A stretch of 64,000 nucleotides of DNA from the sequence record HQ630627.1. One strand, 5' to 3'. Below, piece by piece: positions 39,087-48,068 of this stretch. The notes under the pieces are model-generated. The model was not told where the DNA came from. It worked only from the letters and a program-made list of their open reading frames with translations, and ran no database searches. Position 1 is the first letter of the stretch, and the number at the start of each line of letters is the position of its first letter. This DNA comes from Pseudomonas phage PhiPA3. A program made the translations under genes and the position numbers.

Positions 39087-39506
39087 TTATTTCTGTCGAC
39101 AGCTGTCCAACCACGACCTGTGGGCTTGCTCAATTTTGGACCGTTCGGAAGCAATGTATGTTCGCAGAGAATTCGCATAGGCAGATATCATTTTGTCAAC
39201 CTCAGCATCATTAATGGCTAATTCGAGGTCTTCTTCAGATGGCTGCTTAGGTACTTTCCCCGCTGGGGGAAGGTCAAACGGGCCACAATCAGCTAACAGA
39301 CGCTGAGCACTTGAATGTGGTTTGTTTGTTTGTCCCCGCTGTGTTACCGCATTCGTCGTTGTGGTCACGGTCGAATGGTTATCGACCGCCGAAGCGGCAT
39401 AGTGAATCACTGTCTCCTGACTGTTGTAGGTTGGTGCATACAGTACACAACCTGAGAGAGTGATACAAAGTGCTAACAGTAGGTTTTTGGACATGTGATC
39501 CACCAA
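39087..39506 (-). CDS. lipoprotein (signal peptide LLLALCITLSGC); o-spanin-like or exclusion-type lipoprotein
   Basis: canonical lipobox L-S-G-C, Pro-containing periplasmic region, C-terminal Cys. Confidence 0.5.
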   Translation of the reverse strand: MVDHMSKNLLLALCITLSGCVLYAPTYNSQETVIHYAASAVDNHSTVTTTTNAVTQRGQTNKPHSSAQRLLADCGPFDLPPAGKVPKQPSEEDLELAINDAEVDKMISAYANSLRTYIASERSKIEQAHRSWLDSCRQK

Positions 39507-39517
39507 TCCTTACGGTA

Positions 39518-39808
39518 TTATTTCAGAAGTTCGCCAAGGGCTTTACGACGAGCTTTAAGGGCAGCGTCTTTGTCTAGTGTCGGACAGACTTGGGCGAGTT
39601 GCTTTTTAAGGGCAACATTCTCTGATCTGACTTCGTCCAACTCGCTAACAGTCATGATGAAGCTGAGTAGCAGGATCACCACTACCGCAAACATGAAGGT
39701 AACGTGTTTGTTTTCCAGCATCACTTCTTTTATCGTACGGTCTCCAAATACCGCACGCTTCAGGAAGGGCCAAATGAGGAGCAAGGCTTTAATAGTTACA
39801 CCGACCAT
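39518..39808 (-). CDS. small membrane protein (96 aa): one or two TM segments, a short coiled coil and a charged C-terminus; i-spanin or holin-like
   Basis: FMFAVVVILLLSFIMTV TM segment, ELDEVRSENVALKKQLAQ, KARRKALGELLK tail; GAGGTAA RBS. Confidence 0.45.
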   Translation of the reverse strand: MVGVTIKALLLIWPFLKRAVFGDRTIKEVMLENKHVTFMFAVVVILLLSFIMTVSELDEVRSENVALKKQLAQVCPTLDKDAALKARRKALGELLK

Positions 39809-40006
39809 GATTACCTCTGTCGTTGATTAACTACGCCTACCCATACAAGCCTAAAGGCTAGAACAATAGACATACTGACAGCATATCTCTGCGGGTTATG
39901 TGTAGCATTTCCGCAGTAGTATACCCGACGTTTTTCAAGTTCACAAGCGTAAGTGACAAATTTTATAGATGGTAACCCATCCAAGCTCCGCTCATGAGGA
40001 AAGCAC

Positions 40007-41320
40007 ATGTACATTCTGAAAGGCTTTTACAGCTATCCAGCGTTAATCTCTAACGTTCCGGATGTTGTTGCTAAGTTTGGAGAACTCTCCAGCAATAGCT
40101 CAACCTATGCAAAAGACAAGACCATCCACACCGGTACGTCCACACCCAACACTTGTTTTATTTCTTTTCATAGCGTAAAGGATGAAACCACTGTTGTAGA
40201 TTTGACAGGTAATATGAAAGACCAAGTCTTGAAGATTGGTGAGTTCATTTATCAGCAATCTATTCAAGGTACAATTCGCGATAACCCTGACGTTCTGCGT
40301 CAGTTGGTTATGGCTGAGTTCGGTACTAAGATCAGTACGTTCACGTCTGGTCGTATGCTGACCAACAACACCATTTGGATGCCGGAATACGTTAAGTTTA
40401 CCGTCATCGAAGCTAATAACCCGAACGAAGTCACTATTTGGCTGTGCGATGAGTCCTTCGCTGCTCAGTACGATGAGTACGAGATCGAGATCGTTCACCC
40501 GCTGGTTCCGTATGACCAATTCTTCCAAGACCCGCTGATTGTTAAGCAATTGCTGGAAGCTTATGATCTCCCAGCTAAGCTGGAAGAAGTTCAGGCAGCG
40601 CGAGGGGATTACCCGTACACATTCCTGAAGGCGTTCATGTTTGCTTATCACAATCCCCGTGATACCACGATGCAGTTCCCTGCACACTGGATTGCGATCG
40701 TTTATGGTCAAGCGGGTAACAACCCCGATTTGATCAAAGACAAGATTGTGAAGGAAATCCTGGAGGGTTCTACCCATCCAAGAGAAGAATGGGAAGTAAT
40801 TCTTCCTGATCTGTTTCTGACCACCGAGTATATTTTCACTCCGTTCTGGAACCAATACTCCGTTCCAAACAGTGATTTCCGAGCAGGGATTTATAGCCCA
40901 ACGGTAGATCCGCGTAAACGGGTTGCTCTGCTGCGTCGTACCGCTCGTGGTTCGGGTTACACGGATGTGTGGGTAAACAACAACTATGAATTGTCTGCCA
41001 ACATCTACAAGTCGATTGCCTTTGGTGCAATTGGTAACCCGAAGAATCGCGGAGGTATCACAAAGTTCAGTCAGAAATGGCCGGACTACATGATCGTATC
41101 GAACGATTCGCCAGATATCGATCGGATGTCTCCAGATACTGTCGCTTGGACCATGTTGTTTAGTAAGTTGCTGAAGGCTGCTGAGGCCATGACTTTGTAC
41201 ACTTCTGTACCGGCTGGTGTTTCTCGAATGGTACGCGATGGCGTCATCTACGCCAGCGCCTACTATAAGAACGTGAACTACATGGTCGTGTCTAAGGCTT
41301 CGGTTGAGCAATTTGGTTGA
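40007..41320 (+). CDS. hypothetical protein (437 aa), likely structural
   Basis: GAGGAAAG RBS; the minus-strand shadow ORF 40100..41323 is rejected. Confidence 0.55.
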   Translation: MYILKGFYSYPALISNVPDVVAKFGELSSNSSTYAKDKTIHTGTSTPNTCFISFHSVKDETTVVDLTGNMKDQVLKIGEFIYQQSIQGTIRDNPDVLRQLVMAEFGTKISTFTSGRMLTNNTIWMPEYVKFTVIEANNPNEVTIWLCDESFAAQYDEYEIEIVHPLVPYDQFFQDPLIVKQLLEAYDLPAKLEEVQAARGDYPYTFLKAFMFAYHNPRDTTMQFPAHWIAIVYGQAGNNPDLIKDKIVKEILEGSTHPREEWEVILPDLFLTTEYIFTPFWNQYSVPNSDFRAGIYSPTVDPRKRVALLRRTARGSGYTDVWVNNNYELSANIYKSIAFGAIGNPKNRGGITKFSQKWPDYMIVSNDSPDIDRMSPDTVAWTMLFSKLLKAAEAMTLYTSVPAGVSRMVRDGVIYASAYYKNVNYMVVSKASVEQFG

Positions 41321-41360
41321 CATTATAAAGGAGAGGGTTTCGACCCTCTCCTTTTATTAG
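41321..41360 (+). terminator. hairpin AAAGGAGAGGGT-ttcg-ACCCTCTCCTTT (purine-first orientation) plus TTATTAG
   Basis: 12-bp palindrome with UUCG loop. Confidence 0.55.
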
Positions 41361-41375
41361 CTTAAGGTATTGACA

Positions 41376-42335
41376 ATGCGTCGCATCACTTTGAAGCTAG
41401 CAGACAATCCCATCGGCGCTAACCCCCTTGTGGGGCTATACAAGGCCATTACTGCCACGTACGCTAATCTGGGCTTGACTCAAGCAAACTCCGCTGTAAT
41501 CAAAATACAGCCAGCCGCAACACTGGAAGAACCCAATTTAACGATTGTCGTTGTTCGTAAGGATAATGATCCTAACAAAGACTACGAATTCTTTTACAAT
41601 CGTTTCAACATTAATACCTACATCAACAACCCTTACTGGACTGAAGCCGAGGTTCCAGTTGTCCAAGCTATCAACAACTCGAAAGAACTGTTGGCTAAGA
41701 TTGCTACTAAGTCAACCCTTAATCTAACTGAGAAAGATGTTTGGGTAAATATAGCCTCGATCGACTATGCAGGGGGTACGATTACACCCAACTGGTTAAT
41801 GACATGCATCTCTAACTCAGTGTACTTCACAGGTAAATTGATCCTGTGGTTGCATGGTGGCGGTGGTCCAGGTCCTGACCCGGAACCAGGTGATGGTGAT
41901 TATTCTCAGATGTTCCCGGCTTTGTTCTTAAAGCCAGTTCAAACGGGTGTAATTGAAACGTTCATAACCTACACCTATCCTGTTCCGACGTATGCTGAAG
42001 CTATTGGTCGTACTCTGGTATATCTACCGCCTCCGGCAAACAACTGGACGCTAGACGATGACACTGATGAAAACGGAGTCATACTGCCAAATACGTCTAA
42101 TGGTAATGCTGCTACTGTAAAGGCAGGTATGGAATATCGTATTGCCAACCGGAACACGGCTACTTTACGTCTGAGAGTTGACTACAATAACGACTTCCTG
42201 AAGGAAGGCCCGTCAATGATCAGATTTGTTCAACTTGGTCCATGGCAGCGTACTCGTGCTGTGTGTTATGAAAATACCGGCATTGCACCTAAGTGGACAC
42301 TGATAGGCGGTCACCGCACCGTGCCGTGGACGTAA
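41376..42335 (+). CDS. hypothetical protein (ORF from 41370; ATG at 41376 with AAGG RBS)
   Basis: ORF. Confidence 0.5.
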   Translation: MRRITLKLADNPIGANPLVGLYKAITATYANLGLTQANSAVIKIQPAATLEEPNLTIVVVRKDNDPNKDYEFFYNRFNINTYINNPYWTEAEVPVVQAINNSKELLAKIATKSTLNLTEKDVWVNIASIDYAGGTITPNWLMTCISNSVYFTGKLILWLHGGGGPGPDPEPGDGDYSQMFPALFLKPVQTGVIETFITYTYPVPTYAEAIGRTLVYLPPPANNWTLDDDTDENGVILPNTSNGNAATVKAGMEYRIANRNTATLRLRVDYNNDFLKEGPSMIRFVQLGPWQRTRAVCYENTGIAPKWTLIGGHRTVPWT

Positions 42336-42736
42336 TGGAATTCTGTCAGTTCTACCCAGCCGTTAAGAAAATAACCATTAATGAAACCACCATGAAATAT
42401 ACGGCGGTTTCTGGGGATTGTGTAAGCCATCTGTTCTTTACACATGCATCGTTTGATCCAGACAACGTAAGTGGCGAACGGTTTGATGTGGATATCCCTG
42501 CGAGTATTTTAGATCTGTCTCAGGGCGATTACAATTTCACGGTAATAAACAAAACAAATTATCGTTTGTGGGTGAAGTTGTACCAACCACAATGGACACT
42601 TGATTACTACCCCACGACGTTGGTGAGCATTAGGCCAGCCACCTCAGTAGAATTCAAGATGGTTCGTAATCCCCACAATGAAAAATCGTACTGGCTAGTT
42701 TTGGGCGAAGCTAGCAGGGAGTATGACGATGAGTAA
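42335..42736 (+). CDS. hypothetical protein (ATG overlapping the upstream stop as TAATG; ORF track starts at 42293)
   Basis: ORF; start choice uncertain. Confidence 0.4.
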   Translation: MEFCQFYPAVKKITINETTMKYTAVSGDCVSHLFFTHASFDPDNVSGERFDVDIPASILDLSQGDYNFTVINKTNYRLWVKLYQPQWTLDYYPTTLVSIRPATSVEFKMVRNPHNEKSYWLVLGEASREYDDE

Positions 42737-43202
42737 CGATTATTCACAGTGCACGAACTGGATACAATCTGTTCCAAATGTCTTAATCAATGCATACCCT
42801 GAACGAGGGCGCCATCCGAATCATGCGCCTGAAATTATGGCCTATGCAATGGTCAATCCGAAAGAACTCAAACTGCATGACGCTTTTTTAGTTTTTAGGT
42901 TGCCAGCCAATATTGATTGGGACGGATATAATTGGTTTGGTGCCGTATTGGCGTATGACCCCTCTTTACCCAATGGGTTCCATATGCGAATTGTTTTCGA
43001 TGCTCCCGAAGAAGAGAACCCCGAAGCGGGTGAGATTAACATCTACTACGAGAACGCAACGGAAGACTTCGCAACTCCATTGGGTCTTGACGGTACACGG
43101 ATTGTGAATCGTGACGTATGGGACTTGTACGTGGAACGGGAAGATGGCTCTACGTCGGGTGATTATCGATTAGTTGCTTATGATCCGGGTTATTCGTGGT
43201 AA
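42729..43202 (+). CDS. hypothetical protein (157 aa)
   Basis: ORF with GGGAG RBS. Confidence 0.45.
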   Translation: MSNDYSQCTNWIQSVPNVLINAYPERGRHPNHAPEIMAYAMVNPKELKLHDAFLVFRLPANIDWDGYNWFGAVLAYDPSLPNGFHMRIVFDAPEEENPEAGEINIYYENATEDFATPLGLDGTRIVNRDVWDLYVEREDGSTSGDYRLVAYDPGYSW

Positions 43203-43203
43203 C

Positions 43204-43240
43204 CATAATGGCGGGGAATCAATAAGATTCCCCGCCATTA
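43204..43240 (+). terminator. hairpin ATGGCGGGGAATC-aataa-GATTCCCCGCCAT
   Basis: 13-bp palindrome. Confidence 0.5.
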
Positions 43241-43288
43241 AAGGAACTATTGAACCCAATCAGATGACAACCAATTCGAGAACCCGCC

Positions 43289-43921
43289 ATGGCTGATAAC
43301 ACAACCATTCTTGTCCCGCCGCCTAATACAAAAGGCCTATACACGCTGTACGCTCCGTTTGATCAGCAGATGGTACCAAATGAACTGTACACTTGTGCAG
43401 CCATCCGGCGTTTCGAGGACATTGAAAATAATGGTCGTAATGTCTTCTCTGTTTATTACGAACCGTTTGGTCTGACCGAACAACAGTGTCAGTCAGACCG
43501 TGCAGCAGGGCACTTTATCGTTACTCTGCTCTCCACCAAATATCCACCCCTGTACGTACCGACGAGCTTTATCAAGTCGTATCCTAACTTGAACTCGAAG
43601 CAGTACAATCAGGTTATTCTTACTCTGTCGCTAGGTCCTCTTCCGGATGATGTCATTTTAGACTCCGCTATGGATGCGGCAGCCAATGCCGTTAGTGACT
43701 TCCTCGGTGTTACTCCGGAAGTACACATCGGTATCATGCCGCTATCGGATGCAGTTACTCCTGAGCAGCATGAAACCCGTGAGGCGAATCGTTTGGCAGC
43801 TATTGCCAACAGAACCACAGATTACGCCCGTCTCGCTGAAGAACAAGCCAAGAACGCACAACTCTCTCAACGCCTAGCGATTGCCGAGAAAATGCTGAAG
43901 GATAACGGCTTACTCCCTTGA
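43289..43921 (+). CDS. hypothetical protein (210 aa)
   Basis: ORF. Confidence 0.5.
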   Translation: MADNTTILVPPPNTKGLYTLYAPFDQQMVPNELYTCAAIRRFEDIENNGRNVFSVYYEPFGLTEQQCQSDRAAGHFIVTLLSTKYPPLYVPTSFIKSYPNLNSKQYNQVILTLSLGPLPDDVILDSAMDAAANAVSDFLGVTPEVHIGIMPLSDAVTPEQHETREANRLAAIANRTTDYARLAEEQAKNAQLSQRLAIAEKMLKDNGLLP

Positions 43922-43969
43922 CAACCTTATGTAGTTTCAAACCTCGATATCCCCTTAGTGGAGCTCAAA

Positions 43970-45712
43970 ATGGCCCGTGTTAAACTGTTTCAAATGATCA
44001 ATGCGATCTCAATGGAAGACGTCGAGAAAGCTAACGACGCAAACGTAGAAGTTGAAGGTAAGAAAGACCTCGAACCGCAACTCAAAGGCGATGAAGGTGA
44101 GAAGCCTAACGCAGATGACGTTGATGCCGCTGTTACCAATACCCAAACTACCGAACCGGGTCCGTCCGAAGGCGGTGGCGACGGTACCGCTCAGACTGTT
44201 GACGTGAATCACGTTGAGTCCAGCGATAAAGTAGAAAACCATGTTAAGCCCGTTGACCAAGCCAACAATGGCGAAGGTGACGACGCTCCGGAAAAAGTCA
44301 ATGCTGACGACGATAATGTCGCCACCACTACTTCCGTAGAAGAACATGATAACGACGGTCTGCAAACCATCGAGTCTGGTGAAACCGAATGTGTCGGTGA
44401 AGCGGATGACCTGGTTATGGACATCGAAGAAGTCACCAATGACGTAGATGCTTCCGGTATTACTGAAGCCATCGATTCCAAGTCGGATGCCGTTCAGGGT
44501 ATCGTTGAAGAAATCCGCGAAATGGAAAACGTTGAAGCGGCCGTAGAATCTTACCTGGGCGTTCTGCGTGGCATGCGTAACCGTGGCACCGAGATTTCCC
44601 CGGAACTGCAAGAGACCATGCGCATCGGTCTGGAAGCCATGGATTCGACCTTCTTCAAAGGCTCTGTGGTTTCTGTTGAAGACATCGATGATGGTGAAGG
44701 TCACAAGACTGCTCGTGACGCTACTGAAAGCAAACTGTCGGCTAAAGCTAAGCAGATCTGGGAAGCTCTGAAGCGTGCCTTTATGCGTGCTCTGGCTGCT
44801 CTGCAAGACGTATTCGTTTCCGTCATGAATAACGCCGGCAAACTGAAAGAACGTCTGGGTAAGCTGCGCTCGGAAGTTAACGTTCTTGAAGGTGGTAAAG
44901 AAGTCAAAGTTGCCAACGCCATGGGTCTGTCCATGAATGGCGAGTGGGTAGGTGACTCAGATCAAGGTCTGAAGAACATTCGTCGTACCGCTGACGAAGC
45001 CCTGCTGAACTTCCCCAGCAAACTGGCTGATGGTCTAGTTGCACTGAATCGTCGTTATCGCGACAAAACTCAGGAAGGCATCGAAGCCTACGAAGAAGCC
45101 ATCAACTCGGTTATCAAGATCTACAACCAGTCCTTCACCAGCTTCAAGTCCAGCAATGCTCGTGGTGAAATCACCGATATTGACACCAGTCGCTACAACC
45201 GTATCCTGCTTGGTCCAGTAATGCCGGGTAACCGTGTTCTGGCAGTAGCTTTCAGTTCCACGAAGACTGAAAGCGGCGGTTCTGCTGTCGGTGACACTGA
45301 AGCCAAGAACCTCACCAGCGTGATCAAAGAGAAGCTCGCTACCCTGAACAGTGAAGCCTACTCCGGTACTGTGAAAACCCCGAGTGCTTCTGAAGCACGC
45401 GCTGTTGTTGCTGCTCTGGAAGGTATCGTGGATAGCGTACTGGCTCGTAACGAAGGTCGTACTTCACTCAAGAAGCTGGCTAACATGGTTCAGGGCATCG
45501 CTCAAAACCGTAATGAGAATCCGAGTGCTATGGCCAAAACTCAAGGTGGTCATTGGGTTGACCAGATTGCTATCTCGGTAGCTCGTCGCGCCCTGGAAAC
45601 CAACCACGAGTTGATCGCATACATCATGCGCACCATCAAGACCTACATTGGCTTCCTGGAAGCCAGTATCAAGGCCGAAGCTGGTGGTGAAACCATCAAC
45701 CAAACTGCTTAA
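43970..45712 (+). CDS. hypothetical protein with strongly acidic N-terminal ~180 aa; paralog of the 45722 gene
   Basis: RIGLEAMDSTF / LGKLRSEV / LSMNGEWVGD...LNFPSKLADGLVAL align with SIGLESIDPNF / LGKLGSKT / LSIDGNFVGT...LNQYPKSVVKIARD in the next gene. Confidence 0.5.
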   Translation: MARVKLFQMINAISMEDVEKANDANVEVEGKKDLEPQLKGDEGEKPNADDVDAAVTNTQTTEPGPSEGGGDGTAQTVDVNHVESSDKVENHVKPVDQANNGEGDDAPEKVNADDDNVATTTSVEEHDNDGLQTIESGETECVGEADDLVMDIEEVTNDVDASGITEAIDSKSDAVQGIVEEIREMENVEAAVESYLGVLRGMRNRGTEISPELQETMRIGLEAMDSTFFKGSVVSVEDIDDGEGHKTARDATESKLSAKAKQIWEALKRAFMRALAALQDVFVSVMNNAGKLKERLGKLRSEVNVLEGGKEVKVANAMGLSMNGEWVGDSDQGLKNIRRTADEALLNFPSKLADGLVALNRRYRDKTQEGIEAYEEAINSVIKIYNQSFTSFKSSNARGEITDIDTSRYNRILLGPVMPGNRVLAVAFSSTKTESGGSAVGDTEAKNLTSVIKEKLATLNSEAYSGTVKTPSASEARAVVAALEGIVDSVLARNEGRTSLKKLANMVQGIAQNRNENPSAMAKTQGGHWVDQIAISVARRALETNHELIAYIMRTIKTYIGFLEASIKAEAGGETINQTA

Positions 45713-45721
45713 GGAACTACC

Positions 45722-46900
45722 ATGACCACCATAGCCGCATGGGACGAAGTTTGCAGTGACTGGGATAAGATCACCAAGATCCAATCCTCGCTCGAACGCT
45801 TTGCGGATGTGCTGGCTGGACGTGACGAAGCTACTGAGGAGATGGCGCAAGTCATCTCCATTGGTCTGGAGTCGATCGACCCTAACTTCGATATCAAAGA
45901 AGGTAGTAAGATCACCCTCCGAGCTATTAAAGAAGGGATCGTGATGGCAGCTAAGGCTGCCCGCGATCTTATTCGTTATCTCTGGGAACTCCTGAACTCA
46001 TTCTACGTCAAATTCACTGGTAGTATCCGTCGAGTTCGTCGTACACAAGAAGGCATTAGTCGTCGACTGGGTAAGCTCGGTTCTAAGACCACTTACCAGA
46101 AGATGTCTGTGTCGGGTATCCAGCGTTTGTCCATTGACGGTAACTTTGTTGGTACCGAACTGAGCAACCTGCAAGATATCCACCAACTAACCAACTACAT
46201 TCTTAATCAGTATCCCAAGAGCGTCGTTAAGATTGCTCGTGACGCTAGTCGCCAGTTCCTGAACATTCTGGATCAAGGTGGTGAGCGTCAGGTCGTGATG
46301 GAAAATGCAGTTGATGCATTTGCTGATATTCTCCAGCGGGACTTCATACCCCCGCAAGGTTTCCGTCCTGTGCAACCACGGGAACTGGGTAGCCTTGAGA
46401 AAGGTGTTAATCGCAGTGAGATCCTGCCAGGTAACGTAGCCTTCCTCTATACTCCGCCAGATGTAATTCGCCAACAGCTGAAGTCTGGTAAGGGTAACCT
46501 GGAGAATATCATCAAGAGTTCGTTCACTATGCAATTCTCTGAATTGCAGCTCAATGTGGCTGACCGTTCTGAACGTGAGATCGAGGTGCCCTCAGTCCGT
46601 ACTTTGAGTGAAATCACCGAAAAGATTTCCAGCATCCTGTCTCTGGCCGAGCGGGCTGAAGCGGGTCGAAAGGACTTCGCCACGGTCAAGGTTGTAGTGG
46701 ACGACGCTATTCGCCAAATTGCTGAGCGTAGTAGTGAAGAGAACAATTCCGGTAATGTGCTATTACATATCACGGGTGAGATCTCTAAGAAACTAGCTGA
46801 GCCCATGGGTTTCTATACCCACTGGTTGGCAGTAACGCTGAACGTGTGGCTGAACTTTGTAAGTCAGTGCATTAAGCATTACGAAGACGAAGGCGTATAA
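45722..46900 (+). CDS. hypothetical protein, tandem paralog of the 43970 gene
   Basis: AAGGA RBS; the paralogy is seen in the translations. Confidence 0.5.
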   Translation: MTTIAAWDEVCSDWDKITKIQSSLERFADVLAGRDEATEEMAQVISIGLESIDPNFDIKEGSKITLRAIKEGIVMAAKAARDLIRYLWELLNSFYVKFTGSIRRVRRTQEGISRRLGKLGSKTTYQKMSVSGIQRLSIDGNFVGTELSNLQDIHQLTNYILNQYPKSVVKIARDASRQFLNILDQGGERQVVMENAVDAFADILQRDFIPPQGFRPVQPRELGSLEKGVNRSEILPGNVAFLYTPPDVIRQQLKSGKGNLENIIKSSFTMQFSELQLNVADRSEREIEVPSVRTLSEITEKISSILSLAERAEAGRKDFATVKVVVDDAIRQIAERSSEENNSGNVLLHITGEISKKLAEPMGFYTHWLAVTLNVWLNFVSQCIKHYEDEGV

Positions 46901-46942
46901 CGGCATAATAGCCCCTCCTTCGGGAGGGGCGTTATGTTATCA
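46899..46942. terminator. bidirectional extended palindromic element (AACGGCATAATA-gcccctcc-ttcg-ggaggggc-GTTATGTTATC)
   Basis: convergent gene ends; overlaps both stop codons. Confidence 0.65.
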
Positions 46943-47206
46943 TTGACTTACTGTCATCTTCGAGTTATCAGTGAGTGTATGGCCACAACTTGCGGCATCT
47001 CCGACTTTACAGATGGGGATTCCTTGTACGCGCAGTTTAGTAGAACCCTGTACCATACGTGCATTGTTGTGTGACCCGTTACCATGTCCTCGAATCTGAT
47101 CACCAAGCTGGGTTGCTACAATACCGCCAATGCGTAATTTAAGTGCACCTGGTCCCAACACCGTACCACCTGCTACAGCGATACCGATTCTTCCGACAGC
47201 TGGCAT
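46940..47206 (-). CDS. PAAR-repeat spike-tip protein (88 aa, gp5.4-like)
   Basis: LGDQIRGHG and KVGDAASCGH PAAR-type motifs; AGGGGA RBS; start placed at the internal ATG of ORF 46940..47335. Confidence 0.65.
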   Translation of the reverse strand: MPAVGRIGIAVAGGTVLGPGALKLRIGGIVATQLGDQIRGHGNGSHNNARMVQGSTKLRVQGIPICKVGDAASCGHTLTDNSKMTVSQ

Positions 47207-47216
47207 ATAAATCCCC

Positions 47217-48002
47217 TTAGATGATGTCGAATCCACCAGTAGTGTATTTGGTCGCCCCGGCAGTGACGTCCCAGTTACCAGTGGTGGAAGTAATGGCACT
47301 GGGAGTCCATTCCGTAGTCGAACCGCCACAGACAATCTTCACTGATTGATCTGCTTTGATTTCGATAGACTGCTTCTCTACTTTCACGTACGACTGATCA
47401 GCGTTGATCATCTGCAAACGACGTTCTTTTGCATCCAGTTCGAACATGTCCCCTACATCATCCATGCAATACCAAGAACCGTACTTGGTGTTAAACTGCA
47501 TGGTAAAGGCAAAGGGTTCACCATTTGCCTTAGAGGTACCCATAGTGACGTGACCGTCCATGGGGGACCACTGCATGAAGTAACAAGTTGTGAAGTCAAT
47601 ACCAGCACCACCTGCTTTAGGAGCAGCGTTATACACATAGACAACCGATTCCAGTTGTCTAAGGTTATTACGTAAGCCTAAACACCGCCAGAAGTACTGA
47701 GTGGTGTTAGCCATCCGCCAAATCTCAACCAGTTCACCCCGAACAACATCTGGTGGTGTGGCACGGTTATCTTCACTGGGGAGCCATTCACAGTTAAATG
47801 TTCGGTTGTTGGTAATCTTTACTTCGAAGGTATTGCCTGAGGAATCTAAAGCTTGAATGGTTTTCTGTTGGGGATTGTTGGTTACTTCCCCGTCTGTGGC
47901 GGTGGCGAGTTCTACGGCTACACAGGCGACGTGTCGAGAAGCTCTTGCTTTATTCTCAGCTACACGTCCCAGGCTAACCAGTTTAAACGAGGACGCTTCC
48001 AT
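47217..48002 (-). CDS. putative baseplate central spike/hub protein (261 aa) immediately upstream of the PAAR gene
   Basis: position upstream of the PAAR gene; C-terminal beta-rich Ser/Thr/Gly segment; weak. Confidence 0.45.
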   Translation of the reverse strand: MEASSFKLVSLGRVAENKARASRHVACVAVELATATDGEVTNNPQQKTIQALDSSGNTFEVKITNNRTFNCEWLPSEDNRATPPDVVRGELVEIWRMANTTQYFWRCLGLRNNLRQLESVVYVYNAAPKAGGAGIDFTTCYFMQWSPMDGHVTMGTSKANGEPFAFTMQFNTKYGSWYCMDDVGDMFELDAKERRLQMINADQSYVKVEKQSIEIKADQSVKIVCGGSTTEWTPSAITSTTGNWDVTAGATKYTTGGFDII

Positions 48003-48068
48003 GGAAACTCCGATAAAATACTGATGTGCTTTTCTCTATAGGGTAACGATCGTTTTTAAGGACTTACG

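Noticed and set aside
39811-40014. 67-aa minus-strand ORF in the divergent intergenic region upstream of 40007
   Set aside because: It overlaps the RBS and start of the 40007 gene in a promoter region, and there is no support for it. It is probably spurious.
40100-41323. 407-aa minus-strand ORF antisense to 40007..41320
   Set aside because: The plus-strand ORF has an RBS, a downstream hairpin terminator and sensible composition. The minus ORF translation is Arg-rich with no start context.
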